The position numbers and the translations under genes were made by a program. Below are positions 33,377 to 50,679 of a stretch of DNA of 64,000 nt, piece after piece. The DNA is taken from NCBI RefSeq assembly GCF_009914755.1, contig NC_060926.1. One strand, written 5' to 3'. The first letter of the stretch is position 1, and the number at the start of each line of letters is the position of its first letter. Below the pieces are notes generated by a model. The model saw only the letters and a list, made by a program, of their open reading frames with translations, made no database searches and had not been told where the DNA came from. The stretch comes from the human T2T-CHM13v2.0 reference genome, Homo sapiens.

Positions 33377-36300
33377 CCAGAGATACTCCACCTGGCTAGA
33401 ATCTCCCACAGGCGTGGCCCAAGGCACAGAAACTGGGGTGGAATGAGGGTGGACTCTGGTCAGTGGGACTCAGTAAGGTGGGTTGGAACCAGTGAGCTGG
33501 ATGTGTGGCCCTTCAGGGGATGGAGATCCTAGATGTGGACTCAGAAATCAGTGTGTTTCCTGGACCCTCCTGACAAGTAAGTTAGAACAGAAGAGGCATC
33601 TATGTGGGGCCTTGACTCACCCCAGGTATTTTGCCACTAGTTTCAACATTCCTTCTCTGAGAACACAAACATACATGGGAGATAGAGGTGTTTACAATCC
33701 TATTTCCTACCTATACACAAAGCCCTGGGCCACTGAATCAGTAAAATTTATGGTGATTAAGCCTCTGCACAGGGGTGGTCCAGTATCACCATGGAAACAT
33801 CACACCCTTCTCCCAGCCCAGGAAGTGATGGAGGGTGATGGGTAGGCACAGTGTCAGGAATCAGGCTTAGACAGAGGCACGTGCAGCACTGGAGATGACT
33901 GATGGAGGGAGAGAGAGGCTCTGGAGCAAGGGAGCTTATCACCTGCTGGTGTCCCAAGGAGGACCAGATCCAACTGAGTGAATCTAGCAGCACAAATTGG
34001 GATCTGAGCTCTGCAGATGTGGGGGAGGAACTGGTAATGCTCCCTCATAGTCCCTCCCTTTGAACAGGAGCTGGCCTTTGACTCTCAAGTCCAGCATCTA
34101 GTTATTACTGAGATGTGCTTCCCTGAAGATTCCTTCTGGGGTGGGAAGTAGGGCTGCCAGTTTCTCTGCGGCAAACCCCAGAGATTAGGATGTTGTTTGT
34201 TTTTCAAATTTTAACATTTTATTGTGCTTTTTCCTCTATCTTTTAAAGATCAGAGCCCAGTTATTGGCCAAAGCAGAGCCTCTGGCTGTCCTGGACAAAG
34301 CTGCCAGTCAGAGCTGCTTGCTCAGTGTGGGGCATCTGGTGTGACTGGTGGGACCCTGTGTTTCAAGGTACTGCGCCCCAGCGCCCAGCACATGCTGGGG
34401 CCTCAGGAGATGGTTGTAGGATATCTGGGTCTAAGTTTCCCCCAAAGCCAACCCTGAGATAAGACTTGGGTGCAGGATCCTGGGAAGCCCAGGGGAAACC
34501 ACAGGTGCAGCGCCTGGAAAAGAGAAAGCCTGTGAAGTTTACGCCAGAGCCCACTCCAGCTGGGGCCTCTGATGAGCCTGTGGAGAGCCTCGGGGTGTTC
34601 CCTTCAGAAGACGAGAGCCTGGGGAGACCCCTACACTGAGAGGAGGGCTGCCCCTCAAGGCAGAAAGGTAGTAGCACTGCAACAGCTGCAGGTGCACTCT
34701 GGGGGCCCAGGCTGAGCCTCTAGTGTCTGTACAGGGGATGGTAGGCCAGTGTTTGTTGAGACTTGGACAAGTCTTGCAATGTGGCAGGAGATGATGGCCA
34801 ATGTGCAGCAGAGAGCCATGCAGGGGTCAGCTCTCCTCCTACTGAGCCCTCTTCACCTCTCCCAGCCCCTACTGGTGCACTCCCATTTTTGCCTAAGCTG
34901 TGTGAGTTTGGTTTCTGGAACTTGCACCCAAACTGTCCTTACTGAAGTGGAAATGACATTATAAACCCAAAGCCTTGGAGACAAATGTGACCTCCCTTCA
35001 CTCTTGCTCTAGAAGCAAGGCTGGGTGGGCTGAGCTCCCATGCTCAAAACTTGTGTTGTGAAATGCTCCAAGGGGTGCTTTTTGTGAAATTACTGACAGC
35101 ACCTAGGACCTGATGGCCAGTTCCAGATGCTAACAAGATGAAGTCGACCAACTGCTCCTTTTTACCACACAAACAACTTTTATTTGCATGTGGCTACTTA
35201 GTAAATATTAAACAGTGATCATCCTAGACAGCTGCCCAGCAACAAAAGGGAGACACATGGTGCCTTTTCAAGGTATCAGGTTGCAAAAAAAAAGTATTAG
35301 AGTGATAGAAAGTGAGCAGTGAGCAGTAATGAAGCCAGAATTTTCTTTCCCAGGACTCCTGTAGTTCTGTCCCTGCCCCTGCAAACCCCAGGAGGAGAAA
35401 AAGGTTGATACTAAACTGTAAGCACTCGAATCAGTTAAGAAGCCCCTTTCTCATAATTTATTTCATTCCAAATGACAGAAGGCAAGTGCAGTTACAGGGC
35501 TGTGCCCTACTCATCTGGGTCAGCAGAAGAGCACAGCTTTCTTTAGAAAAACATTTACTTTAAAACCAAGCACCTTGATTTGATATTTTAGTGTGCACAA
35601 CTTTGCCCGTTGAGCCCTGGCCCAACCCGGTGGGCACCACCATTCTGCCAGGCCTCGAAGGGCCACAGGGTGCTTAAGAGAATGTGAGGGGGTGAGTGCA
35701 GGTGGAGGAGCGCGGTCCCCGGGACATGGTTCCTTCACTCCTCGCTGAGATGATGCGGCAGCCTTTTCTTCCAATCCAGTTGTGGCAGGAGAATCCTTGG
35801 ATGTAATGTTTTCACCTTCTTCCCTGAGGGTCTTTTCTGAGGAACCAGGCATTTTCTTGTCCTTAAGAGGTGGGGTCTTGGAGTCCTGACCCAGGCGTCC
35901 GGCAGCTGCACAGTTTCTGAGATGTCAGACTCATGGAGGAGCAGGCTATGCCCTTCCCTCCCCATTCCCCACCCCTCAAGCCCCAGGTCTTACTGTATAA
36001 TGATTTATTTTCCACACAAATCTACCCTCAAAATTGGCTTCATGCAGATTTTCCTTGGATCCCAATGCTGGAGAGGAAAGGGGAGGGGAAGTGGGAGGGT
36101 GGTGGGCAGGGTGGCTTGACCCTGCCAGCCTCCCCGGGAACTCAGGACCATGGCTCCCCAGCACAGGCTGAACAAGTACCAGGAGCAAGGTCTGTGGATC
36201 TGCATTAGATCTGAAGGCCTTGGTGGCACTTCTTCAATTTTAAGATAATCAGGCTGAGTATTCCCCTGAACCTACTCTAGGGAAGCCCACAGCTGAGGCA

Positions 36301-36637
36301 AAATCCCCAAACAGGCTTGACAGTGGAGCTGGGATTCTCAACAGTGAGGGCTTTCATGTGAGTTTGCTAGAAGAGGAAGTTCACGGTCAGATAATTCCAA
36401 GAGACAGTTACTTTCCCAGGAAAAGGAAAATAAAGGCTTCCTCCTATTCAGTAGAGTGAATTTAAATGTCCAAAGTGTGGTGTCATCGCTTAGTCTGCAA
36501 GGAAGCTCTGTTAATCCTGTGGATGTTTTAGTGGATCTTCTGTTTATCATCCAGATGGCAAGCATTGGAAGCTGCTTTCGGGGAGAAATAATCAGGGCTT
36601 TCAAAGAGTATTTCCCCCTTGGCCTGGTGCCTGTGCA

Positions 36638-36700
36638 TCAGTGGTAATAGATGCTGAAGGCATGGAGAATGTAGAGCAGCATGGTGACGAAGGCGAAGAA
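36638..36700 (-). pseudogene. MALL-paralog exon 4, coding part
   Basis: ccttctag|TTCTTCGCC...TACCACTGA; FFAFVTMLLYILHAFSIYYH*. Confidence 0.9.
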
Positions 36701-37374
36701 CTAGAAGGAGGTGGAGAGTGACTGTTAGAGACAGCAGTGCCAGCTCCTGCCCACCCCCAGGGACCCTCAGCCCCGCTGCCCAGGAGCCCATGCATGACCC
36801 TGCCTCCTAGCCTCCTGCCTGGCCTGAGGGGAGCAACCCCTGGCCGACGACTCCCTCTCCTGGAAACTCTCCATCAGGGTGTCCCTGGGGCTATCCTGGT
36901 GTCCTGCCCTGACTGCAGTCTCCGTCTCATCTGCACCTGGCTGTGAAGCAGGCTTGCCTCCACCCCGGCCCTGGGTCCATGTCCCACGCTGACCTCCTGC
37001 CCAAGGCCCACTCTCCTCTGCCCACCTCCAGAAAACCCATGCTCTGACTGCCCCTACAGCTCCACTCACTGGCCCAGAACTCTGCTCTGAGCAGCTCCTC
37101 AGCTCTTTGTGAATGTTCAGAACTCCTCCAGCTCTTCCTGGCTCACACTGAGCCTCTGATGTTTCTTCACAAGCCTCACAAGCCCAGTGGGCCCCAGGTT
37201 CCTCTTCTTGCCCTGCTCTCTGAGCCTGATGCCTGTGGCCCCTGACTCCTCCTGCCTCCCTTGCCAGCCATGTGCAAAGCCACCCCAAAGGCTACTGATT
37301 TCCCTGCCTAGCTCATGGGACATGAATTTCTCCCTTGTTTCAGCCACCGGCATCCCAGGCCAGGACTCCTCATG

Positions 37375-37459
37375 GCCTCACTTTTCCACTTATGCCTGCC
37401 CTGCCCCTCGAATCTGCTCCACGATTTGGGCAGGACAGGCAGAAGTGGATAAGTGAGGA
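37375..37459 (+). ncRNA. MIR4436A: pre-miR-4436a hairpin
   Basis: 31-nt imperfect inverted arms at 37376-37406 and 37428-37458; the 3' arm holds GCAGGACAGGCAGAAGTGGAT (37430-37450), the miR-4436a mature sequence as recalled. Confidence 0.8.
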
Positions 37460-38372
37460 CACTTCTCACTCATGGGGAGAACACGACTGTGTTGCCCCAT
37501 GTTGAAGCTGTGTGATGGCTCTGCTCTTTTCTCAGGGTAGGGGCCGTCACCTTCAACACCTTTCGGGTCCTGCCAACCATCCCAGCCCCACTCTGCCCCA
37601 CTGTCCACTCACATGCTCCTCATTCATTCAGTCAGTCAACAAATATCTTTTAAGCACCTGCTTTCCTTCAAGAACAACTGTGGGTATAACAGTGAAGAAA
37701 ATATTCAAAAATTCCTGCCCTCATGGAGCTTACATTTGAGAGATAAGAAGCAGATGGCAGCAAGATAATAAGTAGCACATTCGTGGGTTAAATGGAGTTA
37801 AATGCCTGGGAGAAAATGAAGCAGGGAAGCGAAAAGCGGAATGCCAAGGTCTCAGGGGAGGGGCCATCAGGGAAGGCCCTGTCAAGATGACAGAAGGAGG
37901 CAGGAGTCACCAGGCAGTTACCCCTGCCAAGGTCCCATGCGAGTGCATGTCTGTGTGCCCATGGGCAGTGAGGAGGGTGGTGTAGCTGGGGCAGCTGACC
38001 ATGGGTGAACAGCAGGGGGCCTTGCTGGGGACAGGCTGGCTCATGGAGGGCCCCAGGGGTCACTTCTGGACTTGCAAGTTTAGGTAGTTAAACTCACCTG
38101 ATGAGGGGGGAAGGGAGGCAGACAGGCTGGAAGGCAGCTGAGATATTTTGTGGCCACCCCACAGGGTCACAGTGCTCCCTGGAACCCCATACTTACTCTG
38201 AAGACAGCACCCCACCATGTACCCCTTCCTTCTGCCATGGCCACATGAGCCTGCAAGAGCTGCCAGGCTGACATGGGGCTTTCTGGCCACAGTGACTGAT
38301 CCAGGGATGGGAAGAGATGTAGCCTTGGCGTTGGAAGTTTTCAAGGTAGGATTCAGGAAGGTTAGGCCACTC

Positions 38373-38741
38373 TGCTATGGTTTGGCTCTGTGTCCCCACC
38401 CAAATCTCATCCTGTAGCTCCCATAATTCCCATGTGTTGTGGGAGGGACCCAGTGGCAGATGATTGAATCATGGGAGTGGGTCTTTCCCGTGCTGTTCTT
38501 GTGATAGTGAATGGGTCTCATGAGATCTGATAGTTTTAAAAACGAGAGTGTCTCTGCATAAGCTCTCTTTTTGCCTGCTGCCATGCATGTAAGATGTGAC
38601 TTGCTCCTCCTTGCCTTCTGCCATGATTGTGAGGCCTCCCCAGCCATGTGGAACTGTGAGTCCAATAAACCTCTTTCTTTTGTAAATTGCACAGTCTTGG
38701 GTATGTCTGCATGCACAGTATTGGCAGCGTGAAAATGGACT
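38373..38741 (+). mobile_element. Solo THE1 (THE1A/B-like) MaLR LTR
   Basis: tgctatggtttggctctgtgtccccacccaaatctcatc...gtccaataaacctc...gcgtgaaaatggact. Confidence 0.85.
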
Positions 38742-39267
38742 TCAAAGGAGGAATGTGTCACTATGAGCTCTCTGCCATGTGAGGGCGCCATCCCACAAGG
38801 GAAGGAGAGGAGAGCTGGCTGGTAAGTGGCAGACTCAGGAGGCCCCAGGGGACCTGAAGCCTGGGGGCCCTGCTCTCTCCACCCTGTGGCTGGACCACCT
38901 CGCCGTGGTCCCACAACCAGTACATTACCCCTGTAGGGTTCTGTGATTGACACAAAGGACACTGGAATAGTTCAGTCATGCTGAAGGATGTGGGCCCCAT
39001 TCCAAAGGCAGTAGGAGCCATTGAAGGATTTTCAGTAGAAGAGAGACACCTGTTCCAATTTGTGTTTTGGAAAAAATTCTGCAGACAATGTGGGGGTGTC
39101 TAAGAGAGAGGAAAACTGGGGTGGGAATGATAGAAGGTAAAAGAAGACCCCTGAATGTGGGTACACATGTTTACAGGGACAAGCATCCCTCTCCCTGCCC
39201 CCATGGCTCCTTCCACTTGAAGGCTCAGGGTCCATACAGCACAAGCAGAGTTAGGCCTCCTGCACTA

Positions 39268-41887
<2,620 letters not shown>

Positions 41888-41940
41888 CCGTGTTTTAAAC
41901 GTAATGTCTATGTCATAAAAAATGGCAGATTAATAAAGAT

Positions 41941-42515
41941 CAGTATGTTTCAGTTATCCAAAGTCAATCTTGGTCTGACATATTAAATGAAAAATTCCAG
42001 AAATTAACAATTAAATGTTTGCCTTTCTGAGTATCATGATGAAATCTTGCACTGTTCCACCCTGTGCCACCTGGGACATCATCCCAGTGAATCATCCTTT
42101 TGTTCAGCACATCTACACTGTCTGTGCCACCCATGTTAGTCACTTTGTACCCGTCTGGGCTATCAGATTGACTGTTGTGGTACTGCAGTGCTTACATTCA
42201 AAGAATCCTCATTTTACTTCGTAATGGCCCCAAATTGCAAGAGTAGTGATGCTGGCAATTTGGATATGCCAAAGAGAAGTCATAGAGTGCTTTCTTTAAG
42301 TGAAAAGGTGAAAGTTTTCAATATAATAAGGAAAGAAAAAAATATGCTGAGGTTGTTAAGATATACAGTAAGAATGAATTGTCTATCTGTGAAATTGTGA
42401 GGAAGAAAAAAGAAGTGCATGCACAGCATAATCAGGGTTCAGTACTATCTGAGGATTCAGGCATCCCCTGGGGGGTCTTGGGACTTATCGTCCTGAAATA
42501 GGGTGAACCACTGTA
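41941..42515. mobile_element. MER44/Tigger7-like DNA transposon
   Basis: aatgaaaaattccagaaattaacaatt and gatgctggcaatttggatatgccaaagagaag motifs; ends ...ccactgta. Confidence 0.7.
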
Positions 42516-43230
42516 TACTATCTTAGGTATGCTGAGGAATTGTTAACTTTGTATACATGTGATAATGTGAGAAAGTTTGCGGGGTTTTCTGGAAACATAC
42601 TGAAGTGTGTGGAATAGAATGACATGATTTCTGGAGTTTGCCTTAAAATTCCTTAGTGGGGACAAAGGCTAGATGAAACAAATGTGGTAAGATCTTGATA
42701 ATGCTGGAATCTTGGTTATGGCTACATGAGGGCTTATAATACAATATTTTGTACTTTTAAATATGTCTTTAATTGTTCAATATGGAACACTTCTAAATGA
42801 TTTTTTGAGATGATGCAACAACATAAAAATTAATGATATAATATTAAATGAAAGCATCCACATCCAAAATTATTTGTAGCATATTATATATATATATTTT
42901 TTGCATAAAATTTATGTGGGATATGGAAGAAATAACCTGTCACAGGGATTGTGATAGGGCCTTGAGAATGGAGTGATTTTTTTCCTACTAGCTTTTTCTT
43001 CAGTGTTGCTCCAAGGATTTTACCAGGAAGAAAATTTAGGGGAAACACATCAGAATATGCTTGATCACAGGGCATTGTGTATTCTCCTAACACAGAAGGC
43101 AGTGAAGGGGAATACAAGGAATGATTTACTCTTGCAGAGAAATGTCTTCATTTTGGCCTGGTAGTAAGTCTTGGTTCCATAGGAGCCTAGCCCAGGATCC
43201 CTCCCTGCCCAGAAAGACCAATTGTCCTCA

Positions 43231-43464
<234 letters not shown>

Positions 43465-43637
43465 TCATTAGCCAGTATAGAGCATGTTTCCCTTTGCAGG
43501 GCATCTCTTTTCTGTCTCTAGTTAAAAGCTCAGGTGAAGTTAGGAGGGAACCAAGGGGGAAATGGAGCAGGAAGCCTGGCCCCTCTGAGTCATGGTAAAG
43601 TCACATCCGATTGTTAGGAAATTCAAGGGGTTGAAAA

Positions 43638-44741
43638 GCATGGGCAAGGACTTCATGTCTAAAACACCAAAAGCATCAGCAACAAAAGCCAAAATTGAGA
43701 AATGGGATCTAATTAAACTAAAGAGCTTCTGCACAGCAAAAGAAACAACCATCAGAGTGAACAGGCAACCTACAGAATGGGAGAAAATTTTTGCAATCTA
43801 CCCATCTGACAAAGGGCTAATATCCAGAATCTACAAAGAACTTAAACAAATTTACAAGAAAAAAATCAAACAACCCCATCAAAAAGTGGGTGAAGGATAT
43901 GAACAGACACTTCTCAAAAGATGACATTTATGCAGCCAACAGACACATGAAAAAATGCTCATCATCACTGGCCATCAGAGAAATGCAAATCAAAACCATA
44001 ATGAGATACCATCTCACACCAGTTAGAATGGTGATCATTAAAAAGTCAGGAAACAACAGGTGCTGGAGAGGATGTGGAGAAATAGGAACACTTTTACACT
44101 GTTGGTGGGACTGTAAACTAGTTCAACCATTGTGAAAGACAGTGTGGCGATTCCTCAAGGATTGAGAACTAGAAATACCATTTGACCCAGCCATCCCGTT
44201 ACTGGGGATATACCCAAAGGATTATAAATCATGCTGCTATAAAGACACATGCACACGTATGTTTATTGTTGCACTATTCACAATAGCAAAGACTTGGAAC
44301 CAACCCAAATGTCCAACAATGATAGACTGGATTAAGAAAATGTGGCACATATACACCGTGGAATACTATGCAGCCATAAAAAATGATGAGTTCACGTCCT
44401 TTGTAGGGACATGGATGAAACTGGAAACCATCATTCTGAGCAAACTATTGCAAGGACAGAAAACCAAACACTGCATGTTCTGACTCATAGATGGGAATTG
44501 AACAATGAGAACACTTGGACACAGTGTGGGGAACACCACACACCAGGGCCTGTTGTGGGGTAGGGGGAGGGGGGAGGGATAGCATTAGGAGATATACCTA
44601 ATGTAAATGAGGAGTTAATGGGTGCAGCACACCAACATGGCACATGTATACACATGAAACAAACCTGCACTTTGTGCACATGTATCCTAGAACTTAAAGT
44701 ATAATAAAAAAATAAAATAAAATAAATAAAAAATAAAAAAA
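43638..44741 (+). mobile_element. 5'-truncated L1PA (about PA5) with TSD GAAATTCAAGGG
   Basis: ORF2 C-terminal peptides, 3' UTR and A-tail; TSD at 43618-43629 and 44742-44753. Confidence 0.92.
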
Positions 44742-46019
44742 GAAATTCAAGGGTTTAATGCAGAAATCGTGAACAGAGGGACTCTCGACCAACTCTGGCC
44801 TGTGAATATGTCTTGTTGGCTCAAGCAGTATTGGCATATACACTTTTAAACAATTCTGAATAAGTTGCCAACATTTAAAACAGGATATTTCACATGGAAA
44901 ATCCATATTTGGGTCATTTCTTTAGAAATCCATGGGTCCTGGCCACAGTGTACCCATTTCTCAGGTCAGAGTAGGCTGGAATGAGTTGTGACTGTCTCTT
45001 TAAAAAGTACCTGGAGTCCTCAGTGGGCCATCTCCCCTCACCCCATTAACCTCACAGCGTGCTGTGGCACATTCCCTGTTGCTCACTGACACTGTGGAAT
45101 TGTTTACTAATGAGATAGAGCTTATTTTTATATATTTGTTAGCCATTAATATTTCCTCCTCTGTAAAGTCTTTTTTTAATCAGTTAAATATTTTAAAATA
45201 GATTTTTCTTTTTCTTATTGATTCATAGGAATTCTTGCTAATAGTGCAAATTTCATGGGCTGTCATAAACATTGCAAATATATTCTGCTAGCACTCACAT
45301 ACTTTATGGCTTCCTTTGATTAATTAAGCCTGTAATTTTAATGCAGTTGAATATGTCAATCGTTTATTGACTATGTTTTTTATAAAGTTTAAGAAATTCT
45401 TCTCTATTTTGGGAGTCATGAAGATATTCTTGCATTCCAGATTTTCCTCCTGACATAATTTACTTTCTTCCTGAAGTGCACCCTTTAGTAGTCTCTTTAG
45501 TGAAGGTCAGTGGCTAGTAGTCAGTTTGATTTACTAGAAAATGTCCTTAAATTTCCCCTGACAATTATTTTCTCTCCACACTTCCAAGATATATTTCCAC
45601 TGTGTTGTATATTTTTTCATATGATTCTGTTGTATTCTTGCTTCCATTGTTGCCGTTGAAAGGTCAGCTGTCAGTTGAACTCTTATTTTGTAGGAATCTG
45701 TCTTCCTTACTTGGCTATATTTAGTCTTCACTCTGTCTTTGGCATTCTGCAGTTTGTGAAACAGTGATACCATGTGTTGAGATGTGGATTTTTTTTTATT
45801 ACTCCTGCTTGGTATTCATTCTATATTCAATATCTGAAAATTCCATTCACTTGACCTCAATAGCTTGATTCTGCAATTTGTCACTTCCATTAACTTCCAT
45901 TCTTGTTCACTTGTTTCCTCTTATGTTTAGTGAATTTTGATTGGAAGCTCATGTCTGTGGGGGTAACTCAGTTCTGAATGATGTATTAGAAACTTTCTAT
46001 ACCAAACAACTTCACTCAC

Positions 46020-46322
46020 TTTTTTTTTTTTCTTGAGAGAGTCTCTCTCTGTCACTCAGGCTGGAGTGCAGAGAGAGGTTCAATCATGGCTCACTGCAGA
46101 CTCCAACTCCTGAGATCAAATGATCCTCCCACCTCAGCCTCCTAAGTAGTTAGGACTACAGGCACACACTACCACACCTGGCCAATTTTTGTTTTATTTT
46201 TTGTAGAGACCAGGTCTTGCTGTGTTGCCCAGGCTAGTGTTAAATTCCCAGCCTCAAGAAATGTTCCTGCCTTGGCCTCCCAAAGTGCTGAGATTACAGG
46301 CATTAGCCACTGTGCCCTGCCT
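46020..46322 (-). mobile_element. AluJ
   Basis: Diverged Alu dimer with poly-T (caatcatggctcactgcag, gatcctcccacctcagcc). Confidence 0.85.
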
Positions 46323-49300
46323 TCACGCCCTTCTGTATAGCTCAGCCAAAAGATATACAACTTCAGTTCTGCTTTCCAAAATATATCCCTAGCTTTCTGG
46401 AACCAGCAGTTCTTATCTTACAACTGGCCAATACATAGACATAGATATGTCACCCTTTCCCTTCTGAGGCTTCCACTTGCTGTTGTCTGGCTGTTGTCTT
46501 TGAATTTATGGAGTATTCATGGTCTCTTAAGGAGAAAAAAGAAAAGGGAGATGAGAAGCCAGAAGAGAACAGGAAGTTGACCACAAGGCAGAGACTCCTC
46601 AGCAAGGAGCACAATCACAGCTTTACAGGGCCAGAAAACAACTCCAGCAGCGTGGCTGCCTCTTAAAGCGCCAGTTCTGGAAGCAAATTCCCCCTTAACA
46701 ATCAATATCTAAGTGAATTTTGGAAGTCCTAGGCTGGTCTGAGACTGCCGGAGAATGAGTCAAGGCCGGCTTGTCCTAGGGAGGGGGTGGTGAGGGATGG
46801 AAGCCGCTGTCCTCTGGCTCCCCGTCAACTGTGCATGTCAATCCCAGTGACAAGGGCTGCTGATGCTTCAGAAAGGTACCAGGCCTCAGCTTTAAGGCGC
46901 TTGCCAAGAAGCCATGAGAAGTGCATTAAGATGCTGGCACATGAACAGCACCCAAACAATGCTGGTTATTAGTGGTTCACCAGGTGCTTTACAGTTTATA
47001 AAATACATTCACTCAGACTGCCTGGTTTAGTCCACACAACAATTCTAACTCCCTTGGAAAGACCAGAGAACTGCCATTTGATACCTTCCACTGCTTACTG
47101 CAAGCTCACCTGCGCCAGGCATGGGGACAGCAAGGGAACCTCAGCCCCATCTTGCCAGTCAGTGCCTGCAGAGGGGTCCCGGTGCCCCTCTTGCCATCAG
47201 AAGCTTCCCTGGCCAGACACAGCCATATGCATGTTACTTACATTTGCACATTTAATCTTTGCCACAGTCCATGAGATAGTCTGTACCAGAGGGAACTGGG
47301 GCCTGAGGTCACACAGGCAGTGCGTGGTGGGACTCAGGCATGGTGTAGGACACTTGTGGTTCTTGCCCCGAAACCAGATTTCAAGGCCAAGGGCAAGGCC
47401 AGATAGAGGCTCCTAGAATGTGCCAGAGGGTGGCCTGCTACAGCCTCAGCCAAGGTCTGCCTGGGGCATTAGGGGCCTTGATGGGGATATCACGCCTGCA
47501 GTCTCAGGGAGCCCATCAGCGGCCTCCTCTCTCTGGATTCCAGCTATGGCTTAGGGATCCCTGTCCTACCTTTCACAACAGGCCAGGGGCCTCTGAGTAT
47601 TTGGGAATCTGCTCAAACATTGTGGGAACCTTCCTGCAATGGCTTCAGTGTTGCAGAATCAATGTTCTGCCAAAGAAAGTCACTCACTTCTTATTTCTAC
47701 ACCCCTCTACCTCCTAAACAGTAGGAGGGACCAGAGCCAAGGGCTGCAGGTGGCTTTACACCCAGTAGACTTAGTGATCTCATTTCTGTCTCCAGTAGTC
47801 TAGGTTGGATTTCTTATAGTTGTGAAAACTTTGAGTATTTGTTTTTACTTTTTCTTAAAGCTCGTATGGTGGCCTAAACTGCTTTCCCATTTTAATGCTT
47901 ATTTTTGTATCTCATCAGAGCTGGAGATATTTTTCAATGGTTGAGGCTGGCCCTCAAAGTGGAGAAATATTTGATTACAGTGAGCCATTTACAGCAAGTA
48001 GATTTCAAGCACAACACTGGCAAAATCCTTTTCTATAAGAAACACTGTCTTATATAGATTTTCCAAAAGGCTGAACTGAAACTGGAAAGGATGTCTTAAG
48101 GAAAGATGGATATTAACAATAGGTTTTTAAAACCTATTCTTCTCTAGAACATGGAGAAGAGCTCCTTCATGTTTAGAAAGTTGGTTAAGAACTAGAATAT
48201 AAGAACTGGGGTAACAACACCCAGATTCAGCTTCCAATCTGGAATCTGGAAGTCCAGGAAGAAAGGGCTGGTGCCAGGTTTGGAGAGGGAGGTTGAACCT
48301 GGATGTTACCACACCAGATAGAGAGAAAACTTCCAAAGGCTCCTCAGGTCCAGTCAAAAGGACTCGGCAGGCTCCTGTTGGCCAAAGATGGGACCGCTTG
48401 GGCTTCTTATAGCTACAATGGATTGGAATGCACCAACTAAGGTGAAATCCACGAGTTCAAAATGATACTTAAAACAAAAACTTCTTTGGTCACTCTTGGA
48501 GGATGCTTATTATTTTGAAACTGCTTTAAAAGAAAAAGAAGCCGGCAAAAAATGTGTTGTGGGGGCAAAGAGCTTCTGAAATACGCACATACCTGAGCAC
48601 TACCCTCTGGGCAGCACTCCAAGTCCTGCTACTCCTAGAACCCTTTGGGGACTTCAAGAAAGCCCCAGGGTCTGCGTCCTGCCCCAGAGAGTCTGCTTGA
48701 ACAGGTAAGGGAGGCTGCATTGTTGAGAGTTCCCCAGGCAGGGTGGCCAGGGCTGAGAAAGCCTGAGGCCAGCTCTCTGCTTCTACTCTCACCTCCAGTC
48801 CATGCACCATGCAGCGCCATTCCTCCTGGGTTTGAATCCCAGCTCTGCCTGGTGGGTAGGTCATTTAGCTTGTCTGTGCCTCTGTGTGCCTGTCTATCAA
48901 ATAGAAGAGGTGGGGGTCTCACTGGCCCCTCTATCATCTGGCCCTTGTGAGGGTTTGATGAGTCTGTCTGGCACATGGTGAATGTTGGCTGTAGTAGCCA
49001 TAACCATTTGGAATGGCACAGAGGGCAGGAAGAGACGTTCCATGAGAAAGATACAGGGGAGGGAATGTCTAAGAGAGGCCTCTCTAAAGGATGGGAAATT
49101 CACTTTTGGAAAGGAGAGATGGGAGATCAATCAGCTGGGTGGGCGAGATAACATTTAGAGGGCACAGACCCTTCTTATGAGTTGATGATGGCTTTGGTTA
49201 CCAAGAAAAATGTACCTATACACACACACAACTTTTGCCTACAAATCTAAGGACTCACAGACCCCCCAATGTCCGTCTGCAACCCCAACAGTTGAAGTCC

Positions 49301-50679
49301 ATTGCCACCTCCAGGTTAAATAACTGTCATCAACGACTCTATTATTTTGACAATATTGATCAAAACATTAAATGCCCATACTCTTCAACTAAATAATTTC
49401 ACTTGATGGAATTTGTCCTACAAATGATGCATGTGAGGAAAATAACAACTATAAAAGTTGTTTATTGCAGCCTGTTGATTACAGAAAAGCTAGGAAATGA
49501 TCTCTTCATCCACAGGGGACCAGTTAAATCAATTGTATCTACAGAGTGAAACACTCTGCAATCTTCAAAAAAAAAAAAAAAAAAAAAAGAGAAAATTCTA
49601 TATCCCAAAATGGAACAAGAACAATCTCCAATAATTTGTAAAGGCACAGACCAGTGTACTCAGTGTGCTATGATTTGTGCAGAAAAATAAGAAAATGCAT
49701 GTGTGAGTGTCTGTGTATATGTGCATTTGTTGAAGGTGAACAGAATATTTCCAGAATGAGACCCTATCAGCCAGTCAGTGCCTTGGTCTCGGGGAAGCAG
49801 AACCTCTTGTCTTGGAGACAGTTTTGAATGTAGGACCATATTCATGTTTACATTAATCCAAAACAAATAACAGGTACATTTAAAAAGAAAAGAAAGCCAC
49901 GTGGGCATTGGAGGCTCACAGAGAATTCTGAATGGGAAGAGATAAGGAGGATGGCCTTTGGGGAGAGTGGATCTGCTCACCTGAACAGAGCATCTGGAAG
50001 CCCCTCATGGGTGGGAGAGGGGCTGCTGCAGGGGCCGGGATCACACGCTGAGGTTCTGAGACAGTTGCTGCCTGAGTAATGACGCCCTGGGAACCGTGAA
50101 GGATATGTCAAAAAGATGCATGGTCTCAGGTCTGTGTGGCCAGGGCTCCAGGCCATGGCTGGGAGGTGTGGGTTTGGGGTGGGGCAGACAAGTTGCTGAG
50201 AAGCAAAGAGGTGTGCCAGGGGTGGGTACCCGGTGGCAGGTTTTTCTGCATAGCTGGGCATTGCTTCAGCATGGCAGGTTTCATGTACTGCCAACCCCAA
50301 ATTCCTTTTCTTACTGCTCGTCTTAATTTTCATGACAGCTTTGCCTCTCCTTCTCTTCCCTGGCGCTTAGGTGACCACAGGCTTCATAAAGCCTAAAAAA
50401 CTTCAGACTGAGAGGAAAAGACCCCAGTCAAGATGGGTGCGGCTGTTGTCATCAGCACACAGGTGAGCCGGGGTCTCCTGGTCCCACCACGGGCCAGGCA
50501 GTAATGGGCTCTGTAAAGGACACACAAGGGCGTTGCCCACGGCGGGAACCTGGATGTCCCAAAGGCTCCCTCTGCCATTGTGATGTTTCAGGATGAAGGA
50601 AACGATTGTCCTTCTCATTCAGGTGTGCAGAGTGCACGTTGTTTAAGTCCAGGCTCTCTTGTCTACTATATACCTCTCT

